Origin: Felis catus | Lineage: Eukaryota | Direction of reading: 5' to 3' | Assembly (NCBI RefSeq): GCF_018350175.1 | Contig: NC_058368.1 | Coordinates: forward strand, 55,864,001 to 55,928,000 | Length of the DNA: 64,000 nt | Part shown: positions 13,481-25,350 of the stretch, in pieces | Numbering within the stretch: the stretch's first letter is position 1 | How the letters are laid out: each line of letters starts with the position of its first letter | Program-made: the position numbers and the translations under genes | The notes under the pieces: model-generated | Database searches by the model: none | What the model was told of the DNA's origin: nothing | What the model saw: only the letters and a program-made list of their open reading frames with translations

Positions 13481-14567
13481 ACTGGCAACCACTATTTTAT
13501 TCTTTGCTTCTATGAGTTTTACTATTTTTGATACCTCTTATCAGTGGAATCATGTAGTCTTTGTGCTTCCAGACAGGATTATTTCATCTACTATATACTG
13601 GTCTTCAGGTTCATCTATGTTATTGCATTTGGCAAGATTTCCTGCTTTTTTTAATACTAAATATTTCATTGTATGTATATACCACATTTTTCTTTTTAAA
13701 AACTTTTTTTTTAACTTTTATGTATTCTTGAGAGACAGAGACAGAGCTTGAGCATGGGAGGAGCAGAGAGAGAGGGAGACACAGAATCTGAAGCAGGCTC
13801 CAGGCTCCGAGCTATCAGCACAGAGCCCGATGTGGGGCTTGAACCCATGAACTGTGAGATCATTACCAGAGCCTAAGCCAACACCTACCAGACTGAGCCA
13901 CCCAGGTGCCCCTATACCACATTTTTCTTTACCCATTTATCTATGGATGGAAACTTGTGTTGTTTCCATATTTTGGCAATTGTGAATAATACTACAATTA
14001 ACATGAGGGTGTGGATATCTTTTCAAGATCCTGATTTCAGTTATTTTGGATTCCCAGAAGTGGGATTGCTGGATCATATGGTAGTTCTATTTTTAATCTT
14101 TTTGAGAAACCTCCAGAATGTTTTTCACAGCAGCTGTACCATTTTATATTCCCGCCAACTGTGTACAAGTCTTCCAATTTCTCTTCATCAACACTTGTCA
14201 GAGACTTGGGGATGGGGGCGGAAGGGAGGAAATGAGAAGATGTTGTTCAATGGGTATGAAGTTTCAGTTATCCTAGATGAATAAGCTCTGGAGATCTGCT
14301 GTAGGACATAGTGTTTACAGTTAACAGTACTGTATTGTACACCTAAAATTTTACTCAGAGGATAGATCTCATGTTGTGTTCTTACTACCAAAAACAAAAC
14401 AAAACAAAAAATACAAGGAAACTTTTAGAAGTGATGAGTATATCTATATAACCCTGATTGTGATGATGCTGTCATGAGTGTCTGCATATGTCCATACTTA
14501 CCAAATTGTATGCATTAAATATGTGCAGTTTTTATAAATCAGCTATACCTAAATAAAGCCATTAAAA
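13481..14567 (+). mobile_element. Old L1 (L1MA/MB-like) 3' end with 5' inversion
   Basis: 13481-~14197 is antisense L1 (ORF2 end/3'UTR); ~14198-14567 is sense 3'UTR ending AATAAAGCCATTAAAA. Confidence 0.85.
13696..13912 (-). mobile_element. CanSINE inserted in the inverted L1 arm
   Basis: Perfect 18-bp TSD TATACCACATTTTTCTTT at 13678-13695 and 13913-13930. Confidence 0.96.
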
Positions 14568-14579
14568 TTTTTTAAAGAG

Positions 14580-15177
14580 CAAATCAGAACTTAAATTAAA
14601 AGGAAATTTTAATTGCAAAGATTATTGCAGTGGGGAAAATGCTCCCATTTCAGCAATCTGCAGGAATCTCAGCAAATAGATAACAACTTTCCTTTTATAA
14701 TATAGGGAATAGGTAAGCAAAAGTTTTAGCAGAAACTCCTAAGCGCAAGTTGGGTAGTAAGCAAGAGAAAATGACCAGTGGAGTCGACTATAAAAATGTC
14801 TCACTGTGAGGGCATCTGGGTGGCTCAGGCAGTTAAGCGTCCAACTTCGGCTCAGGTCATGATTTTGCAGTATGTGAGTTCGAGCCCCATATTGGGCTCT
14901 CTGCTATCAGCTCACAGTCCACTTCAAATCACCTGTTTCTCTCTCTCTATGTCCCTTCCCACTCTGTCTGTCTCCCTCTCTCTGAAAAAATAAATAAACA
15001 TTTTAAAAAATGTCTCACTGCGGTCAGCCCGTTCTCAGAATGGGCTGATAATGATACCACTTTTAAGTGCTTGTTCAGGCTTGGGGGCAAGTTGATACAT
15101 AGAAAGAGTAGAAGCCTGGTCAAAGTTTGGTGAAGACAAAGTAAAGAATGAGAAATGGGTAACTGAAACATTTGTCA
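14580..15177 (-). mobile_element. ERV1-like 3' LTR (left boundary approximate)
   Basis: Minus strand begins TGA at 15177 directly after a polypurine tract AACAGGGGGAAC (15178-15189) and downstream of an env remnant. Confidence 0.6.
14809..15005 (+). mobile_element. CanSINE inserted in the LTR
   Basis: TSD AAAAATGTCTCACTG at 14792-14806 and 15006-15020. Confidence 0.95.
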
Positions 15178-15329
15178 GTTCCCCCTGTTGTTTAAAGACA
15201 GACAAAATCAACAATTAGAGATGACTAACTTCAATATTAAGGTTGATCCAAGTAATTTTCAGTTATGGGCTGCCCTTCACATTGTTGTTGGCTCTGAAAG
15301 ATTAGTTATATTATTTATTGAGGATGTTG

Positions 15330-15720
15330 TTGAACTGACAGCTATTGGAAGACCTTAGAGATCAAGTATTTAATAAGAGGTGTGTCTAGGAATATAAAAA
15401 GATAATAATTATTAAAGTTTAAGGGAATAAAACCAAGAATTGTGGTTTGGAGGGAGCCAGTTCAGACGTTTCCAAGATATAGTACTCAAAATGCCTTTAA
15501 ATGGTTGAGTGAGTAACAGTGCAATCTGATGAATTTCCCAGGTTGCAGTCTAAATATAATGGCATAGACATTAGAGACATTTTGTGAAACATATGTACAG
15601 CAGAAGCTTTCATCCACTGCACAAGTACCTCTTTGAGAAGGAATAATCATGACCAATGATTGTAGAGAACCTCTTGCTTCAGTTTGTATAATTCTCTGGC
15701 AGTGATGTTGGTGGTTTTGG
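15330..15720 (-). pseudogene. env: Retroviral env transmembrane subunit remnant (gamma-type)
   Basis: ELYKLKQEVLYNH, frameshift, then SQRGTCAVDESFCCTYV; CX6CC motif at 15597-15623. Confidence 0.8.
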
Positions 15721-16085
15721 TTAAGACTGTCCATGATCCTGGTTTTTTGGGAAGCAGAGTATGGAACATGCAGAACTTTTGGCATACTGCTTGAGTGGCC
15801 CATCTAGCAGCTACACCGGGCATGAATGTTACCCTTTGTGATCTGCTGAAACAGTCAAATATTTTAGGTTTCTTCCCAACTGCTTAGCTTCTTGTTCTAA
15901 GGATTCCTGAGAATCCACACTCGCCTTCTCAAGGAGCAGGGAGATGTCCTTTCAAATTAAATAATCAAGGAAAACAGAGACAATCTCTCCATCTCTATGG
16001 GAGGGTAAGAATCTAATTTAGATAGGAACCTTGCTTCAAATTGTAAAGATACCTCCTATTGTGAAGATACAAGAAAGTTTGTTCT

Positions 16086-17300
16086 CAATAAAATATCTGA
16101 GAATAAATTCAATCAAACAGGTGAAGACCTGGGCTCAAAAAACTATAAAAAATTATTGAAAGAAATTGAAGATAGTGCAAAGAAATGCAAAGACATTCCA
16201 TGGGTTGGAAAAACAAATATTGTGAAAATGTCTGTACTACCCTAAAGCAATCTACACATTTAATGAAATCCCTATCAAAATACCAGCAGCATTTTTCATA
16301 AATAGCCAAAGAAACCTTGAAAAAGAAAAACCAAACTGGAGATATCACAATTCCAGACTTCAAGTTATATTACAAAGCTGTACTAATCAAAAGAGTATGG
16401 TACTGGCCTAAAAAGAGACACATAGAGCAATAGAACAGAATAGAAAACCCAGAAATAAACCCATGATTATATGGTCAATTAATCTTTGGCAAAGCAGGAA
16501 AAAGTATTCCAAAGGGAAAAAGATAGTCTTTTCAACAAATGGTGTTGGGAAAACTGGACAGCAACATGCAAAAGGATGACTCTGCACCAGTTTTTTTTTT
16601 TTCACCATAAACAAAAATAAACTCGAAATGAATTAAAGACATAAATGTGAGAACTGAAACCATAAAAATCCTAGAAGAGAGCACAGTGAGTAATTTCTCT
16701 GATATTGGTCATAGCAACATTTTTCTAGATATGTCTCCTGAGGCAACAGCGATAAAAGCAAAAATAAATTATTGGGACTACATTGGAAAAAAAATCATTT
16801 GCTTTTACACTGCAAAGGAAACAATCAGCAAAACTGAAAGGCAACAACTGAATGGGAGAAGATATTTGCAAAGGACATATCTAATAAATGGTTAGTATCT
16901 AAAATCTATAAAGAATGTACCAACTTCAACACCCAAAAACAAATAATGCAGGTAAGAAATGGACAGATGACATGAATAGACTTTTTTTTTTCCAAAGAAG
17001 ACATTTAGATGGCCAACAGACACAGAAAGAGATGCTCAAAATCACTCATCATTAGAAAAACTAAAAATCAAAATTATAATGAAATATCACCACACACCTG
17101 TCAGAATGGCTAAAATGAACAACACAGGAAATGACAGATTCTGGCGAAGATGTAGAGAAAACTCAACCCTCTTACACTGTTGGTAGGAACACAAACTGGT
17201 GCAGTCACTCTGGAAAACAGTATGGAGGTTCCTCAAAAAGTTAAAATTAGAACTACCCTATGATGCAGTAATCACACTACTGAGCATTTACCAAAAAAAC

Positions 17301-17331
<31 letters not shown>

Positions 17332-17877
17332 CACACAAACACATACATACATATATATGTATGCATATTTTATATTTATATTTATATTAATGTTTATATG
17401 TGTGTGTAAAACACTAATTCAAAAGGATACATAACCCCCTTTGTTTATTGTAGCGTTATTTACAATAGCCAAATTATGGAAACAGCCCAAATGTCCATTG
17501 ATAGATGAATAGATAAAGAAGAAGTGGTATACATACACAATGGGATGTTACTTGGCCATAAAATGAAATTTTGACGTTTTCAAGGACATTGATAGAGCTA
17601 GAGAGAGTGATGTTCAGTGAAGTAAGTCAGTCAGAAAAAGACAAATACCATATGATTTCACTCATGTGGGATTTAGGAAACAAAACAAACAAGCAAAGGA
17701 AATAAAAGGCAAACCAAAAACAGACTCTTAACTAGAACAAACTGATGGTGGGAGATGGGTGAAATAGGTAATGGGCATTAAAAAGTACATTTACTGTGAT
17801 GAGCACTGACTAATGTATAGAATTGTTGAATCACTATACATCTGAAACTAATAAAACACAATAGTTAAAAAAAAGAA
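16086..17877 (+). mobile_element. 5'-truncated carnivore LINE-1
   Basis: ORF2 C-terminal peptides ([29 protein letters not shown]), 3'UTR, A tail; diverged TSD AAGAAAGTTTGTTCT (16071-16085) and AAAAAAGTTTACTCT (17878-17892). Confidence 0.93.
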
Positions 17878-19581
17878 AAAAAAGTTTACTCTTTCCTTGG
17901 GTAAGGCCAATTCCTCCCTGTGGAAGACAAAATGTCAAAAGTTGTCAGTGGATTTGAACACTTGTCTAAATTGGATTATGGGTGGTTGAAAAACAATACT
18001 AGACTAACTAAAATGATAATATTTTTAAAAACTAGATGTAGGAGGAAATATTATAAAAACCTTAGCTCTTTTAAAAGTGAGACTTGATTCTCTTAATCAA
18101 GAGTGTGATAAAGCCAAAATAAAGCACAGAAAATGTTTCTGATAAGACACACCATCTTTAACTTTTAGGAAGTTGACTCCAAAAGGAAAAGAAAAGCCAT
18201 TTACAACCATGTATTAAGAGCAGACCAATAATCCAAGAAAAAAACCTTCCATTTTAACATAAAGAAAATCATGTTATAGTTTTATATCAGTGTGCTATTA
18301 CTTTTAAACTTTCTTTTTAAAAAAACCTTTTTAAATATTACAAATAAATTAATATGATTTTTATCCCAAAACTACTAGTTTTGACCAAAAGAAAGAAAAA
18401 TCTATTTCACAAACCTTCTATGGCTTTTCATATCTATTTAGATTTTGTCCTATATATTACTCTGTCTCATTCTAGGTCAATCAGTCATTTTACTTTAAGA
18501 TCAAATCGCTCTCTTTTTCCCTAATAAAAACTTACTTGGCATAAGTTGTATACATAGTTGCTTCCCTTTGCCATTATACAATTCCTATGAAATGCATTTA
18601 CTTGGGCTGTGTATTGCTGCCTTCAATTGCAGAAACATGAAGTGGCAGATGTATTGAAGCCTTAAAATGATTGTATTTCAACTGTTAGACATCTGGTAAA
18701 GTTGTGGGAGAAATTTTGCACCAGATGCCTTTGGCAACTTAGTTTCATTGTGAAATTTCATGTGAAGCTTTGTTATTTTTTGTGTCAGATTGGTAAATAA
18801 AGCTGTTTTGTTTCTTTTTTATTTCTTAATTTTTATTTAAGAGCAAACAACTTTTAACTAAATTTATTTTATGTCAGTGTATAATGATCTTAACTAGATA
18901 AAGGTGCTTAAGATAAAATATCTTTCAATTATATTTTCATTTAAAAATATTTGAGCCTGTATTCCAAAGTTTATTTTATTTATCTACGTCTTTTACTCTG
19001 ATTCTACAATTATCTTTAATCGACAGACTAGTGCCTTGCAGGCATTGCTTAATTATTGACATGGAATCCCTCATAAATGTTCATAGGAAATTTCATCAAC
19101 TTTTTTTGTCATCTGAACATTTAGTGAGATTTTTAAAATCAGTAGTAACTTCTAAAAAGATAATAGCATTGGCGTTACATACGTATTTAATACAAATGAA
19201 AGGATATTTTATTGTGATTTGCAAATACAATTAATAGTAATGTAAAAGTTCACATAAAGCCTATTCAGTGTAATAAGATATTTAATATATGATCATGTTG
19301 ACTGTATTTCTAATAAGGAAAAACATCGCCAAACATATTTAGTAATTCCTAATATGCTCTTAAGATAAAATAATTTCCACCTTTGTTAGCCATAGTTTCT
19401 CATCTAGGAAAAGGCATACAACCCCATTATCTTTTATGGTGTACATTCTATTCTGATAACTTCTGATAACTCTTACTTTTAGCCTTCCTAAATTACCAAG
19501 AATATTTTCCAAAGTAGGACGATATGCGAGTTTGGCTTCCCTTGATATTTGTACGTTTTTGTTTAAATGTTTCAAATCTCA

Positions 19582-19786
19582 GGGGCGCCTGGATGGCTCA
19601 GTCGGTTGTGTATCGGACTTTGGCTCAAGTCATGATAATCGTGGTTTGTGAGTTCGAGCCCCGCGCTGGGCTCTGTGCTGATAGCTTGGAGCTTGGAGCC
19701 TGCCTCAGATTCTGTGTCTCCCTCTCTCTCTGCCCCTACCCCGCTTGTGCTCTCTCTGTCAAAAATGAATAAATGTGAAAAAAATT
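19582..19786 (+). mobile_element. CanSINE
   Basis: Perfect TSD AATGTTTCAAATCTCA at 19566-19581 and 19787-19802. Confidence 0.96.
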
Positions 19787-20609
19787 AATGTTTCAAATCT
19801 CAAATAGGTGGGGGTTAAATGAACTATTGGATTAACACTGTTATTTATTTTAACATGAGGTGTGCTTTCTAGTCAGCATAATTTCAGTTAAATAGGAATG
19901 AGTATTACTTAATATATATTATTTCTGTTTTAATGTAGCAAGCTGGAAAATATTCACACTATGTTCAGCTTTATGCAGCAATATTAAATTTTAAACTTTC
20001 ATTCTCTGTGAGTTTATTAAACTACATGCATATTCTGATAACTGCAGATCCTTTTGTTTATCTCTGTGAGTCAAGTGGTGCTTTGCTTGTTTTGGCTTAC
20101 ATCCTTATCCCAGATTAAATCCGTTTGAGAGCCACAGATGAATGATTAAAAAATAAACAGTGAACATATTTAGCAAATCATTTCTGTGTTACAAATTTGA
20201 GGTAGCTGAAAGGAAATTGGAAAATGTATTCAGAGTCTTAATAAATAATATATCAACATAGGTTTTTATTTGCTTGTTTGTTTTTAATTCTGCTTTGCCT
20301 TTCAGAAGTTTTTATGATGAAACTATGCTTAAATCCTATGCTTTTTTTCTATGTGTATAGATATCATTCCTCTTAAAAAAATACTTTTCATTCTTTATGT
20401 GTGGGTATTTGATTGCCATCTAACAAAAGGCAAGATAAAGACCTACTACATTCTTATTATTTCCCAACGTTCAGAATAAGAAGTTGATGTAACAACGACT
20501 TCAATACTGGAAAATGAGATTTTCAACTTTCTTCCTTCTTTGTAGTATTATTGCAGACTCATGGACTTTTTTAATATTCATTGCATTTCAAACACATATC
20601 ATTTTTTAA

Positions 20610-20793
20610 AGTTTATTTATTGTGTGTGTGTGGGGGGGGTCATGTGTGGGAGAGAGGGAGAGAAAGAATTCCAAGCAGACTTCACACTTTGAGCACATAG
20701 CCCAAGGTGGGGCTCAAATTCACAAACCATGAGATCATGACCTGAGCTGAAACTAAGAGCTGGCCACTCAACCAACTGAGCCACCCTCACCCT
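20610..20793 (-). mobile_element. Older CanSINE
   Basis: Antisense SINE; TSD CACATATCATTTTTTAA (20593-20609) and CATGTATCATTTTTTAA (20794-20810). Confidence 0.92.
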
Positions 20794-21923
20794 CATGTAT
20801 CATTTTTTAACATAACATTTCCACTAATTAAACTGTGGAAGATATTTAAACTTGCTCCTTTTATCATACTGACAGCTGCTCATTAGTTTTGCTTCCTGGC
20901 ATAAGACATCCCAAACTCACTTGATGTGTTTTTTGCCCCAAATCTAGATTCAGTAATTTCTCCATGGAGCATGGAGCATTTCAAATGTCAATTCAGAAAG
21001 AAAAAAAGAAAAAATACATACATGTGAGGAAATTGAGAATTATCTAGCTGGTGGTAAGAGAGAGTTGCTCAAGTTTTAGTCCACCTATACAGAAATGACT
21101 CGATGGCTCCAGAAAGCTGTGTTAAGGAGAACTCTAGCACACCAGAGTTCCATGGAAGTGACAGCTCTGTTGCCCTAGAACAGCTTCTGGAAGGGTATGA
21201 CCAACAAGATCAATCTGCAGTGTCAGAGGTCTGCACCTCTCCACATCTTCAGATGTTTCCCACTTTTGACATAATCAAAATTTAGTGTATTAAGCCACTT
21301 GAAATTATTCTCTATCCTCATTATGGTTATGGAACCAAGTTAATGCACAGTGAATGTCATTTGTTTCAGTTTATTTGAAATTTGCATGATCACTTCTTTT
21401 TTATTTAATATATTTAAATGATAATAGGAAACAATTTACATAATCTACATTAAAATTCATGTAAGAAGCTATCTATACTTTAGAAGACTTTTCTAGTTGT
21501 TCTGTCTCCTCTACCCAACTTCCCAAGCCTTCCTCAAATGCATAAAATTATATTGCTTCTTATTTACTCTTCAAGTGATTCTTTATACTATTTTGTCATC
21601 TACAAATACAGATCGCTTTGCTTCCTTGTTTGCTTTGTTAATACATACACCTCCAATAGCTGATTTTATCTCATTGCATTGGCTAATGCTTCCAATATAA
21701 TGTTTAATAATAGGAATCATAACTTACAGGTGTTTTGTTTTTGTTTTTTAAACAGTGGAAAAAATATTATCCAATTTAGTGAGATTTTGCTTTGGAGAAT
21801 TTTAAATAATCATTCAATTTAATTCATTGACAAGTTTCCTCCGAAATAGATTTGAATATGGCCAAAGGCTTTATTGAGGATTTATTAATAGGAATATGCC
21901 ACTTGTCTTTGGCTCTGTTTGTA

Positions 21924-22247
21924 CAGTTGACTCTCGAACAACAGGGACACCCAACCCTGTGCAGTCAAAAATCCACATATAACTTCTTCCTCCCCCAGAA
22001 CTTAACTACTAATGGCCTACTGTCAATGGGGAGGTTTAATGATAGCATAGTCAATTAATACATATTTTGCATATAATATGTATTCTATACTGTATCCTTA
22101 CAACTAGGTAAGCTAAAGAAAACAAAATGGTACTAATAAAAATCATAAGGAAGAGAAAATACCTTTATAGTACAGTACTACATTCATTGAAAATAAATAA
22201 ATACATGGAAAATGCAGTTGAAACCTGTGTTGTCCAAAGGTCAACTG
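21924..22247. mobile_element. Tigger2-family (TcMar) non-autonomous DNA transposon
   Basis: TIRs CAGTTGACTCTCGAACAACAGG and CCTGTGTTGTCCAAAGGTCAACTG; TA target duplication at 21922-21923 and 22248-22249. Confidence 0.88.
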
Positions 22248-22910
22248 TATAACACATATGATTTCCAATATTAAATAATGCCTACATTTTTGGGATAAAT
22301 CCCACTGATACAGAGACCATATCCCAGCATTTATGAAGACCTGTATTATAGTAATTAAGAATTGAGCTATGAGTACATAGGTAAAATATTTCTTTAAAAA
22401 ATGTTCTCTGATATTTAACTACCATTTCCTCTTAAATGCTCACCTCTGTCACTGTTTTCTTAAATGTTCATGTATGTTCACTTCTTCTCCTTAGAGTTAG
22501 GTACAGGGTTCTACTTTCACAGGGAGTGAGCAATGTAAGGCCCGTGTAGACACTTGATGAGCAAGAAGTAGCTCAGTAATAGACCCTTATGTTCAGCTGC
22601 CTCCTTCCCACTTACCACTAGCATTCCTTCAACTCAAAAGGGTGAGTAACAGGCTAGCAAAACTTATTTTAAGTACCGTCTTCTATTCTATTTGTCATCA
22701 CCAGCGCACCAGCTTAGCTGCTCACAGCCTCCCTCACACCATTTGACTTGTCTAGGAATGGATCCTTTCCAGGGTTCAGGTGTGAAATCAATTCTAGAGC
22801 ATAATGGCTTCCTAGGTCCAAATCTCTTCTTTTCTCTTCCTAACAAGACATAGAGATATGAGGACAAGTAAAAACATCAATAGATGTCAGGAAAACTAAA
22901 AATCAAAATT

Positions 22911-22941
22911 TTATTTTTTTTTTTTTAAGTATGGTTGACAC
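22911..22941 (-). mobile_element. 31-bp retrotransposon micro-insertion (L1 3' terminus plus poly(A))
   Basis: Minus strand GTGTCAACCATACTT followed by an A tail; TSD ACTAAAAATCA(A/C)AATT at 22895-22910 and 22942-22957. Confidence 0.75.
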
Positions 22942-23588
22942 ACTAAAAATCACAATTCACATGTACTCCATTCTAAACTCAGGAGTCCAGCAAGAGTCAA
23001 ATATATGAACAGAGATTACAGGGGTTTCACAGCATTTGGAATAAGCTATAAAATTTCAGCAGGAGTTTCTCTTCACAAAGATAGGGCACTTTCCTGAGTG
23101 GGAAAAGCTCAAACATTAATAGGGTCTGGAATATCAGATCAGCAGGAGAATCAAAGGGAAAGGCTTGGGAAAAACTTCAAGGAAACACTTTGGGTATATG
23201 TTGTATAATAACCCACATGTTTAATATTGTTTGGTATCCATATAGGTACATAAGAATTTTCATAATGAGTCCCAAACGACAGAAAAATCATAAAATAACA
23301 ATAGCATGGTATACTGTAAATGCTAAGAAAATATAAATACGTTGAATAAAAACATGATTTTCTTGATTTTGAAAATGTAGTATATTTTTCTTTAGAAAAT
23401 CTAAAGGAATGTTTGGAAGTAGTCAAAAGGAAAAGTTAGACCACTGTTAATATGATCAATTTTGGGGAATGGGAATATACTTTAGCTTAAAATCTAAGTA
23501 CAAATTTCATTTGGCTTATGGAATTGGGTAAACATTACTTATCTAGAATGTTTTATATAAAAATTCCTTCAGAATGCCATAGTTTTAG

Positions 23589-23805
23589 GGTACCATAGTT
23601 TTAGGTCGTCAATTAAGCATCCGACTATTGGTTTCAACACAGGTCATAATCTCACAGCTTCATGAATTTGAGCCCCACATAAGGCTCTGGTGCTAGCAGC
23701 GTGGAGCTTGCTTGGGACTCTTTCTCCCTTTCTCTGTCCTCTGCCACTTGTGTTGTCTCTGTCTCTCTAAAATAAATAAATAAACTTAAAAAATGTTTAA
23801 AAGAA
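23589..23805 (+). mobile_element. CanSINE with rearranged 5' end
   Basis: SINE body and tail; TSD AGAATGCCATAGTTTTAG at 23571-23588 and 23806-23823. Confidence 0.92.
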
Positions 23806-24442
23806 AGAATGCCATAGTTTTAGAAATGCAGAGATTAGTATACAGGAACAAATTCCACAGTCAAGAGATTTGAAAACTACCTGGTATTGTTACCAAGACT
23901 GCTGGCACTAGATCAAATCAATTACTTTAGACAATTATAAAAATAAATGGATAAATAGGTAGATCAATAAATAAATAAATGAATAAATACATGCCAAAGC
24001 TGCAGTTATTTTTATACAGCTATTTTTTTTCCATTGTCACAATGCATAAGCAGATGTATTAGTTAATCCCTGAATATTTTGAACTTGCTTTCTTCTTCAG
24101 GAAAATCTTGAATTAATTTGCCATTATGTGAAACAATGTTAAGATGGTTTACAATCTCATTTTCTTAAAAGTAAAGCCATTTTAAATTTGAATGGATCCA
24201 ATTTAACAATCTTTTCTTTTATAAGAAAGATGTGTTACCTTATTTTGTAAACACCTTTTTCTACTTTACAACCATAGAAATACTCTATAATTTTTTATAC
24301 CTTTTTCACATTTAGATGTAAGACGTGGGGTAAGTTTGTAATTTCATTTCAAATGAGGAAGCATCATTTTCTTCAGCTTTACTTAAAATTGACCCCCCAA
24401 AATGTGTATATTTAAAGTGTATAAACTGGTGTTTTATTTTGG

Positions 24443-24470
24443 TTTTAAATTTTCTTTAATGTTTATTTTT

Positions 24471-24506
<36 letters not shown>

Positions 24507-24573
24507 CAGGGAGGGGCGGAGAGAGAGGGAGAATCTGAAGTAGGCTCCAATTCCAGCTGTCAGCACAGAGCCA
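24443..24573 (-). mobile_element. 3' half of a CanSINE
   Basis: Tail, (GA)n tract and GAATCTGAAGTAGGCTCC...CAGCACAGAGCC; head missing. Confidence 0.88.
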
Positions 24574-25350
24574 ACCTGTAGATTAAGTAGAATGGCCATT
24601 TTAACAATATTAATTCTTCCATTCCATGAACATGTTGTATCTTTCCATTAACCTGTGTTGTCTTTAATTTCCTTCATCAGTGTTTTATGATTTTTAGTGT
24701 TCAGCTTTCCACTTTGGTTAAGTTTATCCCTAACTACTTTACTATTCTTAATGCTATTATAAATGGGATTGTCTTTCTAATTTCCTTTTTGTATAATTAA
24801 TTGTTAGTGTATAAAAATGTCATTGATTCTTTGTACATTGATTTTGTATCCTGAAACAGTACTGAATTATTCTATTAGTTCTAGTAGTATTTTATTGTTA
24901 AATCTTTAGGGTTGTATGCATATATATTATGATATCATCTGCAAATAGACATGATGCACTTCTTCCTATACAATTAGGATAACTTTTATTTCTTTCTTTC
25001 CTAATTGCTCTGGCTAAGATTTCCACTACTATATAGAATAAAAGTGGTCAGAGTAGGTATAAATGGCGTTTATTGTATTACAAAAATTTCTTTTTTTTTC
25101 AAATTTTTTAAATTTTTTATTTTTTTAATATATGAAATTTATTGTCAAATTGGTTTCCATACAACACCCAGTGCTCATCCCAAAAGATGCCCTCTTCAAT
25201 GCCCATCACCTCCCCTCCCTACCTTCCCTCCAACCCCCCATCAACCTTCAGTTTGTTCTCAGTTTTTAAGAGTCTCTTATGCTTTGGCTCTCTCCCACTC
25301 TAACCTCTTTTTTTTTCTTCCCCTCCCCCATGGGTTTCTGTTAAGTTTCA

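Larger units (their letters stand above)
15178..18560 (-). mobile_element. ERV1 (MER4-group-like) internal remnant, interrupted by L1 at 16086-17877
   Basis: env motif; GTGAAGATACAAGAAAGTTT|ACTCTTTCCTTGGGTAAGGCCAATT rejoins across the L1 and resembles MER4-group internal sequence as recalled. Confidence 0.6.

Noticed and set aside
15486..15803. Domesticated env (syncytin-like) gene
   Set aside because: Only 105 aa, frameshifted at the immunosuppressive domain, with no signal peptide, SU or intact membrane anchor
21103..21285. 60-aa acidic ORF as a coding exon or retrocopy
   Set aside because: No recognisable homology, convincing splice pair, poly(A) or TSD
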